A stretch of 56,473 bases of DNA from an uncultured Desulfobacteraceae bacterium (GTDB lineage Bacteria > Desulfobacterota > Desulfobacteria > Desulfobacterales > CAZWAE01). Where the stretch lies: the NCBI GenBank assembly GCA_964631805.1, contig CAZWAE010000002.1, positions 2,528 through 59,000 on the forward strand, written 5' to 3'. The notes below the pieces were generated by a model. That model was not told the DNA's origin. It did no database searches and saw nothing but the letters and a program-made list of their open reading frames with translations. Below, piece after piece: positions 1 through 8,496 of the stretch; positions within the stretch are counted from its first letter, which is position 1; every line of letters begins with the position of its first letter. Both the position numbers and the translations under genes were made by a program.

Positions 1-653
1 CGGCTGTCGACTGGCGAAGGAACATGCGCTGCATGCCGGTATACCTCCACAAGATAATCCCTCATCTGATTGGTGTTTTCAATGCTACGAACAAGCCGGT
101 CCTCGTTAATTGACCTGCCGGTATGGTGAGACACAAATGCCACGAGATCTCTAATCTGGTCGGCAAGGTACTGGATCCCCTGATCCGTCTCTGCCTGGGG
201 AATATTCAGAACGAAGAGGTCCTTTTCAAAATGCCGGGCGAGATTTTCCATGACGGCCACGCCTCCGGAACAGGGGCTGGTGGTGGCAACCAGAAAATCG
301 GGAACCGGCATGAGGCCTTTTCTGGCAGCACCCAGAACCGACCGGTGATAACCGCAGGTATCCCTTGTAAATCCGGCACCTTCTGCTTCCTCCATGAAAG
401 CGCCCTCCAGCCCGGTGGCCGCCAGCATGGCCCCGACAAACTCCACGAAACAGGAGGTGACGCCCATGGCGCTCAACAGATCGAACGGCGCGGTGACACC
501 GCACCAAGCGACGGTATGTTCGCCGTCATACAGCCTTTTCCCAAGCTTTGCGACCTCCAGTGTATAACGCTTTCGGGGGCTTGCACTGCCTGGATCATCG
601 GCTATTTTTGCCTCGATACCTGAGATCAGATCTTCAAAATATTGTTTCATCAT
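1..653 (-). CDS. 2-hydroxyacyl-CoA dehydratase / benzoyl-CoA reductase family subunit (BcrB/BadE/HgdA-like), N-terminal part; gene runs off the left edge
   Basis: Absent from the ORF track because no stop lies in the window. Hand translation of the minus strand from ATG 653/650 reads MMKQYFEDLISGIEAKIADDPGS..VAWCGVTAPFDLLSAMGV..TRDTCGYHRSVLGAA..FLVATTSPCSGG.. and stays open to base 1. It starts 5 nt after the stop of the upstream paralogue. Confidence 0.6.
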   Translation of the reverse strand, partial: MMKQYFEDLISGIEAKIADDPGSASPRKRYTLEVAKLGKRLYDGEHTVAWCGVTAPFDLLSAMGVTSCFVEFVGAMLAATGLEGAFMEEAEGAGFTRDTCGYHRSVLGAARKGLMPVPDFLVATTSPCSGGVAVMENLARHFEKDLFVLNIPQAETDQGIQYLADQIRDLVAFVSHHTGRSINEDRLVRSIENTNQMRDYLVEVYRHAAHVPSPVDS

Positions 654-657
654 ATCG

Positions 658-1716
658 TCACCTCAACATCTCCACAAACGCCTCGATACGGGTTCGCTGC
701 TGTTCAATGGATCGGAGCGTACAGTCACCCTCCAACAGCAGGAGTGGAAACCCTGCCCTTTTCATGGCCTCTCTGATAATGGGCATCCGGGCCAGATAGG
801 GATCACAAAATTTCATGGTGTGCCCGATAATGCCTTTGGCTTCGCATTGTTCAGCACGTTCCAGTATCTCTTCGGCGATTTTTCCGGGGTTTTGGGGGAT
901 AAAAGTCCTGGCGCACGGCGGCCGTTTCAGGATGTTTGCAGCAAGGCCTGTCCAAATATCCTCATCGTCTGAAAGCTCTAACGTAGAGAATTGTCTTGAT
1001 CCCGTGCAAAAATCGTCATCGACTATTTTTGTCCCGCACGATTCGAAAAGGGAAAAGGCTTGAGGATCGGGCAGCACGTTGCCAAACAGATAGACCGGAG
1101 TGCCGTCATCCTCCCTTCCGCTGGCTTTAGGCTTTTCCAGGATATGGTCCAGAACAGGCAACATCTCTTCAACGGACCGGGTGGCCGCTTGGTTATAAAT
1201 CTCCTGCAGCCGCGCCCTCCCACCGGCAAGTTCTCCCTTTTTCATCCGAGAGGCGACCCTTTCCACTTTCTCAACCAATCGGTTGTACCGCAAAACGGAC
1301 CGGCGGATGGCCATGGGTCCATCCTGCGATCCGAACCGATCCCGGAGGGAGGTCGCGAGTCGTGAGATCTCACCGGCAAAAAATCGAACGGCATTATCAT
1401 CTGAAGTGGATGGAAGATCGAGAAAACAAACGGCATCATCCGGCCTAACCCGTTGCCACGCGTCGGATAGCCGCCGCATGGCGTCACAGCTGTTGACAAA
1501 TACCATACCCGCCAGATCGGGCAAGTCCCCCGCCCGGGCACGATCGAGCACCCTTTTCACGTGGGGACAGAGATTGTCGTGGAGCAGTTGCCCAGCCTGA
1601 TCCGGAGCTTCCCCTACCGGCAGTACACGGTAGGGTGAACAACCGGCAGCATTAATCAAGGGAAGCGGTGTATACGCACAGGTAAAACCGATGGTTGGGG
1701 TTGAATTCCGATCCAT
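658..1716 (-). CDS. 2-hydroxyacyl-CoA dehydratase / benzoyl-CoA reductase family subunit (BcrC/BadD/HgdB-like)
   Basis: 352-aa ORF. The N-terminus IGFTCAYTPLPLINAAGCSPYRV and the overall layout are typical of this family. Its ATG overlaps the marR stop (TAATG on the minus strand). Confidence 0.7.
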   Translation of the reverse strand: MDRNSTPTIGFTCAYTPLPLINAAGCSPYRVLPVGEAPDQAGQLLHDNLCPHVKRVLDRARAGDLPDLAGMVFVNSCDAMRRLSDAWQRVRPDDAVCFLDLPSTSDDNAVRFFAGEISRLATSLRDRFGSQDGPMAIRRSVLRYNRLVEKVERVASRMKKGELAGGRARLQEIYNQAATRSVEEMLPVLDHILEKPKASGREDDGTPVYLFGNVLPDPQAFSLFESCGTKIVDDDFCTGSRQFSTLELSDDEDIWTGLAANILKRPPCARTFIPQNPGKIAEEILERAEQCEAKGIIGHTMKFCDPYLARMPIIREAMKRAGFPLLLLEGDCTLRSIEQQRTRIEAFVEMLR

Positions 1717-2165
1717 TATCCGTTTCCTTCCTGAATGTTGGTCAATACCTTACGGAGTAAATTCATGGTACGGGAAAGGTCCTCTTCGGAGATCCCGGAA
1801 AACACTCCTCCCAAAACGCGTTCCACGGCATCATGAACGGGTTTTTCCAATTCGTGGCCTTTTTCGGTCAGTTGGATCAGAAGAGCCCTCCGGTCACTTG
1901 GATCCGATTTGCGGATAATCAACTCATCCCTTTCCATACGGTCCAGCAGACCGGTCATGGTGGAGGGTTCCAGACCGGCCCTTCGGGATAGCTCCACCAC
2001 CTTCAGTCCATCTTCATACCAGAGACCGAGAAGAACCCCCAGATATGCGGGCTTAACCTGTCCCACACCAGCTTCGGCAAGACCCCGTTTCAGGGCGGAA
2101 GCGGCCTGCAGGGTCACACGGGAGATCAGGTAGTAAGGGCAGTCGGTAGGATGTTTGAGCACCAT
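1716..2165 (-). CDS. MarR family transcriptional regulator
   Basis: 149 aa with a winged-helix core: LKVVELSRRAGLEPSTMTGLLDRMERDELIIRKSDPSDRRALLIQLTEKG. Confidence 0.85.
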   Translation of the reverse strand: MVLKHPTDCPYYLISRVTLQAASALKRGLAEAGVGQVKPAYLGVLLGLWYEDGLKVVELSRRAGLEPSTMTGLLDRMERDELIIRKSDPSDRRALLIQLTEKGHELEKPVHDAVERVLGGVFSGISEEDLSRTMNLLRKVLTNIQEGNG

Positions 2166-2190
2166 GGGTTCTCCGATTTTTAGGATGGAT

Positions 2191-2218
2191 ACAAATATTA
2201 CGGATACGTAATATTTGT
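2191..2218. promoter_or_regulatory. Perfect 12-bp-arm palindrome, candidate MarR operator
   Basis: ACAAATATTACG-gata-CGTAATATTTGT lies 26-53 nt upstream of the marR start codon. Confidence 0.5.
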
Positions 2219-2305
2219 CAAACGAAATCGGAAATCAATACCTCTACGAAGAGGGGACCGGGAGAGCGATTCGTATGGTTCCGTTTCGAAAACGGTATCA
2301 AAAGG

Positions 2306-3496
2306 TCATGGCGATTCTGCCACGGATGGAGCCCTTGCCTGGAGATCAGGGAAGAAAAGTATCAACCCGACAGTGATAAGCGGGATGAAAGCGACGCCGA
2401 TTAGCACGGTCTGAATCGAATAGATATCTGCCAACTTACCCACCACCGGAGAAACCACACCTCCCAGCCCATAGGCAAAACCCATCATCAGGCTGGCCAC
2501 CATGGCGCGCCCTTTGGGCGCCAGTTCCTGGGCCATCACTACCCCCAGCGGCAGTGTCGCAAGAGTGAAAAAACCGGCCAGGGCGGCCCCGGGATATACC
2601 CAGGCCCCGGGAAGATAGAGCAGCAGGATCAAACTCGGCGTCATCAATCCGTGGGTAACGAAAAAAATCGCCTTAAATCCGATCCGGTCGGAAAGGTATC
2701 CCCCCAAAAGTCCGCTGAAGGTGCCGGCCAGAACAAAAAGGGAAAACATGGCACCTGCAGAAATCAAGGAGTATCCCCGTTCAACGTACAATACCGGCAT
2801 AAAGGTGATAAAAGACTGCCCTACGACGGCCCGAAGCACCATGACCAGCCAAATAAGCAGGATCGGTTTCACCGCATGCCCAAGTGTTTCCCGCAACGAT
2901 CCCCAAAAGCCGGTGGCCCGCAACCCTTCGCTAACGGGATCGGGAATGACATAATACAGATAAACGGTTAAGGCCAGTCCGAAAAGCATGGTCGCGGTAA
3001 CGGCCTCAAGGCTGAAGAAAGCCGCATACCAGGTAATGAATATCGGACCTGCGGCAAACGCCAGGGTTCCGCCGGTATTGAAAATCGACATGGACATCCC
3101 GGCATTTCTACCGGCATAAAGGGGCACCATCCCGGTGACGGAAGGATGAAACATGGAGGATCCGACAGAACCGATGGAAACGAAAACCAGGAGCATCCAA
3201 AAGGAGGTGGCAATACCGGACAGCGGTATGAAAACAATGGTCAGCAGAAGCCCCGCCATGATAAATCCACGGGATTGATACCGATCGGCAAGGTATCCGA
3301 CGGATGGCTGCACAATGAATGCCAGAAAGCGGCTCAACCCGGCGATAAAACCCACCTGTGCCATGGACAGGCTGAGTTTGTCGACAAACAGAGGAAAAAG
3401 AGGGCTGATGAATGAACTGTAAAAATCGCCGGTGAAATGGACAAGGGTCAGGGCGAAAATGATGCGGACATTGGTCGAACCGGATTTCAAAGTCAT
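2306..3496 (-). CDS. MFS transporter
   Basis: Multi-TM hydrophobic protein. I chose the internal ATG at 3496 (MTLKSGSTNVRIIFALTLVHFTGDFYSS..) because the 130-aa upstream extension in the track is non-hydrophobic and overlaps the divergent gene. Confidence 0.8.
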   Translation of the reverse strand: MTLKSGSTNVRIIFALTLVHFTGDFYSSFISPLFPLFVDKLSLSMAQVGFIAGLSRFLAFIVQPSVGYLADRYQSRGFIMAGLLLTIVFIPLSGIATSFWMLLVFVSIGSVGSSMFHPSVTGMVPLYAGRNAGMSMSIFNTGGTLAFAAGPIFITWYAAFFSLEAVTATMLFGLALTVYLYYVIPDPVSEGLRATGFWGSLRETLGHAVKPILLIWLVMVLRAVVGQSFITFMPVLYVERGYSLISAGAMFSLFVLAGTFSGLLGGYLSDRIGFKAIFFVTHGLMTPSLILLLYLPGAWVYPGAALAGFFTLATLPLGVVMAQELAPKGRAMVASLMMGFAYGLGGVVSPVVGKLADIYSIQTVLIGVAFIPLITVGLILFFPDLQARAPSVAESP

Positions 3497-3746
3497 CCCC
3501 CCCCACAATTTAGAAACAGATCGTTTGCTTTGAGCCGTACGAATGGGAAACGGGACTATAGTGATCAAAACCGACTCCGTCAACCCGCAAAATATCGGAA
3601 GAAAACCCCCTTGACGTCTCAAAACGCAAGGTGTAACTTCCGTTTGCAAATTTATGATGAGCGTTCGAGCCGTCGGCCGAAAGGACCAGGGTGACGGATA
3701 CTCTCTTTTTAGGTCAATTCCCTTTGTTCGTATAGGTTTAATAGCT

Positions 3747-4916
3747 ATGTCGATATGTGATGGAACCGATCCCCGGCCGCTGTTGATGCTGGTGGCAGGA
3801 GCAAACGGCGCAGTAGCAACGACCTTGGCTGTTGCGACGGCAGCCTTGAAGCAAGCGCGGGAAACCGTATTGGACAGCCTGACCACAGGCAGTAAATTTC
3901 CCTATCTATCTGCACCTGAAAATATACAGATGGCGGGCTGGGATATCAATACCAGAAGCCTTTCGGAGCAGATGACGGTTCATAGAGTCGTACCGGACTC
4001 GATATCCCGCCCTTATGCCGGGGCACTGGATCAGATGGTGATTAAATCCCCGCCGGATGGAAGCCTGTCCCTTGAGGTGCAGATTCAACGCCTGATGGCG
4101 GATATCGAAGAATTTCGCAAACCCGCCCCCTCGGCCATGCCTGTTTTTATCAACCTGTTGCCTGCATGTGATACGACTCATATGATGGGCTGCGAAGATT
4201 TCGATGCCCTCAGCAAGGCAGTGGTACCCGGTGTTTTCCCGGATCTTGCCTATGTTCTGGCGGCCATTCGCTCCGGGATCCCGGTGATCAACTTTACGCC
4301 GAATGCGGTGGAGATCCCGATCATTTGCAAAGAGGCCATCGAATACGGCGTCCCTATGGCCGGCAGAGACGGCAAGACAGGTCAGACCTATTTTAAAGTG
4401 GCACTGGCATCCGCACTTAAAGCCCGAAACCTTTATGTGGACGGATGGTACAGCCTGAACATTCTGGGAAACGCGGACGGCCGGAACCTGATGGACCCGG
4501 ACCGGGCGGCCGGAAAAGTCACCAACAAAACCCGGCTCCTGGATGAAATCCTGGGTTATCCGGTGGGTGAGCAGTACGGTGAGTCTGCTCACAAGGTTCA
4601 TATCGACTATTATCCCCCCCGGGGCGATGCCAAAGAGGCGTGGGATGTCATCGATATCAAAGGTCTTTTCGGTCTCCCCATGAGTATACGGATGGATCTT
4701 CAGGGCCGGGACTCCATCTTGGCGGCCCCCATGATTCTGGACCTGTCCAGATGGATCACGACGCTTCATATGGCCGGTTACGCGGGGCCGATTCCGGAAC
4801 TCGGTTTTTTCTTTAAAAAACCGGTAGGTAAAAATCCGCCCCTGTCCTTTCAGGAACAAACGGCGTCCCTGGTGGAATTGGAAAGGGTCTGCAATCAAAA
4901 AATAACGGTTAATTAG
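3747..4916 (+). CDS. Inositol-3-phosphate synthase family protein (short bacterial/archaeal type)
   Basis: N-terminal Rossmann-like LLMLVAGANGAVATT, plus NFTPN and GRDGKTGQTYFKVALASALKARNLYVDGWYSLNILGNADGRNL. Start set at ATG 3747 (MSICDG..); the track start at 3654 overlaps the promoter region. Confidence 0.7.
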   Translation: MSICDGTDPRPLLMLVAGANGAVATTLAVATAALKQARETVLDSLTTGSKFPYLSAPENIQMAGWDINTRSLSEQMTVHRVVPDSISRPYAGALDQMVIKSPPDGSLSLEVQIQRLMADIEEFRKPAPSAMPVFINLLPACDTTHMMGCEDFDALSKAVVPGVFPDLAYVLAAIRSGIPVINFTPNAVEIPIICKEAIEYGVPMAGRDGKTGQTYFKVALASALKARNLYVDGWYSLNILGNADGRNLMDPDRAAGKVTNKTRLLDEILGYPVGEQYGESAHKVHIDYYPPRGDAKEAWDVIDIKGLFGLPMSIRMDLQGRDSILAAPMILDLSRWITTLHMAGYAGPIPELGFFFKKPVGKNPPLSFQEQTASLVELERVCNQKITVN

Positions 4917-4932
4917 TGACAAAGAGGACCTG

Positions 4933-5793
4933 ATGGTTTTCGGATACAGCACCAACGCATTTGTTAAGTTCTCAGTATTTGAAGCAATTGAAAAAATCTC
5001 CGCACTGGGATTTTCGGGGGTTGAGATCATGTGCGACCGCCCCCATGTATACCCGCCGGACTTCAACCCGGAAAAGTTGGCCGATCTGAAAACCGCCCTT
5101 GAAAAGAACCGGCTAAAGCCCACCAACCTGAACAGCTTCACTCTTTTCGCCGTTGGAGATACCTACCTGCCATCGTGGATCGAGCCGGAGGCCGAACGAC
5201 GGGAAATTCGCGTCCGTCATACCCTGGATTGTCTGAAAATTGCCGATACCCTGGGCTGCCGGAACATCTCCATACCGCCGGGCGGCCCCTTGCCCCCGAA
5301 CCTATCTCGAAAAGAGGCATTCTCTCTTTTTTATAGCGGTCTGGAGGAGGTGATCCCTACTGCGGAAGCGTTGGGGGTCAAGATACTGGTTGAACCGGAA
5401 CCGGATCTGCTCATGGAAAAGACCGATGAAATCAAACCCTTCATTCAGGACATAAAATCGTCTGCTGTGGGGATCAATTTCGACATTGGACACTTTTTTT
5501 GTGCAGGAGAGGATCCGTCGGCTGCATTCGAGGACCTGTTTGAATGGATCGGGCACGTTCATATCGAAGATATTGCGGCAAACCGTCAGCACAATCATTT
5601 GATTGCAGGTCTTGGCGCCATCGGGTTCGAAACGGTTTTCAGCACCATGCATCGGCTTTCGTACGCTTATGATATCAGCCTGGAACTCTACCCATATGTG
5701 GACACACCGGAGCAGGCCGGGCGTGAAAGCAGAGACCACCTCTTGCCATTGATGAGGGCGGCCGGGCTGAATCCAAAAAAAATAATCCGATAA
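4933..5793 (+). CDS. Sugar phosphate isomerase/epimerase (xylose-isomerase-like TIM barrel)
   Basis: 286 aa. Family-like motifs GFSGVEI, ILVEPEP and INFDIGHFF..HVHIED. Lies 16 nt downstream of the preceding gene. Confidence 0.75.
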   Translation: MVFGYSTNAFVKFSVFEAIEKISALGFSGVEIMCDRPHVYPPDFNPEKLADLKTALEKNRLKPTNLNSFTLFAVGDTYLPSWIEPEAERREIRVRHTLDCLKIADTLGCRNISIPPGGPLPPNLSRKEAFSLFYSGLEEVIPTAEALGVKILVEPEPDLLMEKTDEIKPFIQDIKSSAVGINFDIGHFFCAGEDPSAAFEDLFEWIGHVHIEDIAANRQHNHLIAGLGAIGFETVFSTMHRLSYAYDISLELYPYVDTPEQAGRESRDHLLPLMRAAGLNPKKIIR

Positions 5794-5887
5794 TCATTCC
5801 GGCGGGTTAAGTTCATTATCAGCTTCCCGGGAAATCGGGAAATCCAAATTCTGCCGCCGTCCTGCCGCATAAAGGTGGGCTTTTTCT

Positions 5888-5916
5888 TTGACTAATTCCT
5901 GGTTTTATCCTATAGT
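5888..5916 (+). promoter_or_regulatory. Sigma-70-like promoter (TTGACT-17-TATAGT)
   Basis: Near-consensus -35 and -10 hexamers with a 17-nt spacer. It would give a leader of roughly 235 nt before the dodecin ATG at 6158. Confidence 0.4.
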
Positions 5917-6157
5917 TATACAAACAGCCGAACCGTCATTTATATAGCCTGCGGACGGATGATATACGATGAAAACGGCCGTAATTGTTGCCTCTGGAGG
6001 ATTCAATCAATTCCGGGGGCGTCCGGCACCACATCTGAACGATTCAGAAACCTGACCTGTGTATTTTGCTGCCCTCGTCCTGACCTCTACGCCGAACCAT
6101 CAAAAGCCGGACAGTGAACCGTTAGCTTTGATAACCACCTAGCGAAGGGAGGACACC

Positions 6158-6364
6158 ATGGCAGACAGCGTTTACAAAATCATCGAACTCGTGGGAACCA
6201 GCAATTCATCATGGGATAACGCAGCGGCAAATGCAGTGGCCAAAGCCGGCAACACGCTCCGGGATCTGAGGGTTGCAGAGGTCACAAAATTGGATGTCAC
6301 CGTTGAAAACGGCATGATAAAAGAGTATCGGGCCAGAATGACACTATCATTTAAATATGAATGA
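6158..6364 (+). CDS. Dodecin family flavin-binding protein
   Basis: 68 aa. YKIIELVGTSNSSWDNAAANAVAKAGNTLRDLRVAEV..TLSFKYE matches the dodecin fold signature. GGGAGG RBS lies upstream. Confidence 0.8.
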   Translation: MADSVYKIIELVGTSNSSWDNAAANAVAKAGNTLRDLRVAEVTKLDVTVENGMIKEYRARMTLSFKYE

Positions 6365-6397
6365 TCCTGATCCGGGATAAACCATTAACCGGAATGC

Positions 6398-6431
6398 AAT
6401 GAGGCGGGGCTCGAAACGACCCCGCCTCATT
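6398..6431 (+). terminator. Strong GC hairpin after the dodecin gene (no U-tract)
   Basis: AATGAGGCGGGGcTCG-aaa-CGAcCCCGCCTCATT. It abuts the RBS of the next gene. Confidence 0.4.
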
Positions 6432-6441
6432 CATTAGAGGA

Positions 6442-7566
6442 ATGAAACGATTTTTAATCATAGGAATCCTGTTGATTCTGATCCCGCTTTCGAGCTATGG
6501 CGACACCATTGTTCTGAAAACCGGGGAACGAATCGATACCCAGGGGACCTGGGAAGAAAACGGTGCCATCAGGTACTTCAAAGATGGCAACATCGCTCCC
6601 GGTATCCCCAAATCCAGTGTGGTGCGAATCATTCCGGAACAGGGGGACAAGATGTCCCGGAAGGTGCCGGAATCAGGAAACAACCTCGCAAAACGCCTCG
6701 AAAAATCGGAAAGGCCGAGGAATCCCATTGAACGGATGGTCAATGCAACGGTCACCATCCGGTCCGCTGCCGGCAGCGGTTCCGGTTTTTTCATTACCCG
6801 GAGCGGCCATATTATCACCAATCGCCATGTCATCAAAGGGGATGACAAAAAACTGAAATCATATGAAAAAAAGCTACGGCGCGCAGAGAAACGCTTAAAG
6901 GAATTCGGCCGATGGATAGAAACAGAGAAAAACAGAATCAAAAAGATGGAGCAACAGATTAAAACAGATCAACGATATGACACACCACATAATTTGACGG
7001 TATTGGCAAATGAAAAAAAGCAATATCACACCAGACTGTCTGAGTATAAGGAACAGAGCAAACGGTTAAGTGAAAAAAGCAGCCAACACCGACGATTGAA
7101 AACCAAACTCCTGCTGCAAAATAAGATCCGCGTCATCCTTGCCGATCAGACCGAACATTATGCGTTCATCGAAAGCGTCAGTACCGATCGAGACCTGGCC
7201 CTTCTGAAACTGCCGGACACCAAAACGCCAGCCATTGTGCCGGGGAATGTCCGCAAGGTGGCCAAGGGCGAAACCCTTTATGCCATCGGGAACCCCCTGG
7301 ATTTCAGCCACTCGGTTTCAGCCGGTGTTCTATCCGGGCATCAAAGGGGAATGATCATGACCAGCGCACCCATCAATGCCGGCAACAGCGGCGGCCCACT
7401 GGTGACAAAAGAGGGAAAAGTGGTCGGTATCAATACGATGAAGCTGGTGGGCAAAGGTGTGGAAGGGATCGGTTTCGCCATCCCGATTCAGGCCGCCATC
7501 CGGGAATTCGAGGATATTCTTCGCCCTCACCTGACGGTTCAACCCGCAGAAAAGCCCCAGAATTGA
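6442..7566 (+). CDS. Secreted trypsin-like serine protease (S1C/DegP-like, no PDZ) with a coiled-coil insertion
   Basis: Signal peptide MKRFLIIGILLILIPLSS. Protease motifs GSGFFITRSGHIITNRHV, DLALLKL and NAGNSGGPLV. A Lys/Glu-rich insertion of about 100 aa separates the His and Asp regions. Confidence 0.8.
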   Translation: MKRFLIIGILLILIPLSSYGDTIVLKTGERIDTQGTWEENGAIRYFKDGNIAPGIPKSSVVRIIPEQGDKMSRKVPESGNNLAKRLEKSERPRNPIERMVNATVTIRSAAGSGSGFFITRSGHIITNRHVIKGDDKKLKSYEKKLRRAEKRLKEFGRWIETEKNRIKKMEQQIKTDQRYDTPHNLTVLANEKKQYHTRLSEYKEQSKRLSEKSSQHRRLKTKLLLQNKIRVILADQTEHYAFIESVSTDRDLALLKLPDTKTPAIVPGNVRKVAKGETLYAIGNPLDFSHSVSAGVLSGHQRGMIMTSAPINAGNSGGPLVTKEGKVVGINTMKLVGKGVEGIGFAIPIQAAIREFEDILRPHLTVQPAEKPQN

Positions 7567-7623
7567 CCCCCCTCTGACCCCACGCTTTTTCAGCCATTCA
7601 TCACATTGCCAATCGATGACTCA

Positions 7624-8451
7624 TCAGGATCCGTTTCCGGCCAAAGCCCGGGACAGATTTTGATGAATTTCACCCAGATCGTTGGTGTTGCCCATATGGG
7701 ACTTGACCCACTCCAGGGTCTGTCCGTAGTGTTGCACCAAAGCGTCAAGGGCTTTTCCCAGGACAGCGTGGCGGGAAGTCTCCGTTGCCCAGAACTTCTG
7801 AGGCCGTCTGGGGTCGTAAAATGGCACTCCCGACAGCTTTTTAATATCGATGCCCGGGGAGACCGGTTTTTCGACAGCCGGCTGCTTTAGCGTCGGCTGA
7901 TTTTCGGGTAAGGGTTGTTTATCCGCCAGGTTCCGGTGAATGATGGATAGGATATTGCTCCCCCCCATGCGAGCCTTTATCCATTCCGGGGTCTGCTGGT
8001 ACTGCTGGGAAAAGGCATTGAGGGCCGCTTTCAGGGAGTCATGCCGAGAGGTCTCCGACACCCAATATTTCTTAGGTCTTCTGGGATCGTAAAAAAGGGG
8101 GCCACCACTTCTATCCATCTCCAGTACAGCGGGTTGCGGAGCCGGCGCCGTCTGTAGGGGCGGGGCTTTTGGGCCGATACCGGTCCGGGGCTGTTCTTTC
8201 CCCTCTTCTGCCTCTATGATGTCGGGAATTTCGTCGACACCAGAGATAACCCGCTCGACATCCGCTTTCGGGTACTCGACGACCGTGCCGTAAAATTCGC
8301 ACCGGATCTTCCCATCATCCTCCCAGGCCTTGTCCCGGCACACCGTAACCGAACCATCAAGAAAGTAGATGATATCCGCTACGGCAGGAGCCATCAGCGC
8401 CATCTGCAGAAGAATGCAGAATAACAGTGATCTCCTTGCCACCCGAAGCAT
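7624..8451 (-). CDS. Secreted protein with two ~70-aa tandem repeats, function unknown
   Basis: Signal-like MLRVARRSLLFCILLQMALMAPAVA (start ATG 8451). The repeats are FYDPRRPKKYWVSETSRHDSLKAALNAFSQQYQQTPEWIKARMG and FYDPRRPQKFWATETSRHAVLGKALDALVQHYGQTLEWVKSHMG. Confidence 0.6.
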   Translation of the reverse strand: MLRVARRSLLFCILLQMALMAPAVADIIYFLDGSVTVCRDKAWEDDGKIRCEFYGTVVEYPKADVERVISGVDEIPDIIEAEEGKEQPRTGIGPKAPPLQTAPAPQPAVLEMDRSGGPLFYDPRRPKKYWVSETSRHDSLKAALNAFSQQYQQTPEWIKARMGGSNILSIIHRNLADKQPLPENQPTLKQPAVEKPVSPGIDIKKLSGVPFYDPRRPQKFWATETSRHAVLGKALDALVQHYGQTLEWVKSHMGNTNDLGEIHQNLSRALAGNGS

Positions 8452-8496
8452 ATCAGCTATCTGAATTAATCCCCACAAAACGATCTGCACCTTCGA

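Noticed and set aside
123-623. 166-aa plus-strand ORF at the left edge
   Set aside because: It is antisense to the much better supported dehydratase-family gene (1-653, minus strand), and its sequence has no family features.
2306-3886. Long N-terminal extensions of track ORFs: MFS 526 aa; also 18241 for the kinase, 20723 for the anti-sigma kinase, 23768 for MetF-like, 50556 for NosZ, 53289 for cytochrome c
   Set aside because: The extensions overlap neighbouring genes or promoters and lack family-typical sequence. Internal ATGs with an RBS and/or a signal peptide give products of canonical length.
3906-5141. 411-aa minus-strand ORF, together with similar long antisense ORFs at 22099-22902, 27685-28434, 30054-31076 and 45081-45863
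   Set aside because: Each lies fully antisense to a gene with clear family motifs. Their translations are Arg/Gly/Pro-rich and low in complexity, with no recognisable domains. This is typical shadow-ORF behaviour in GC-rich coding DNA.
5920-6157. Possible FMN (RFN) riboswitch upstream of the dodecin gene
   Set aside because: Only a short AAAGCCGGACAGT-like stretch resembles the RFN consensus as I remember it. The GGGUGAAAUUCCC-type core and the other conserved helices are not visible. I kept it only as an unassigned structured leader.
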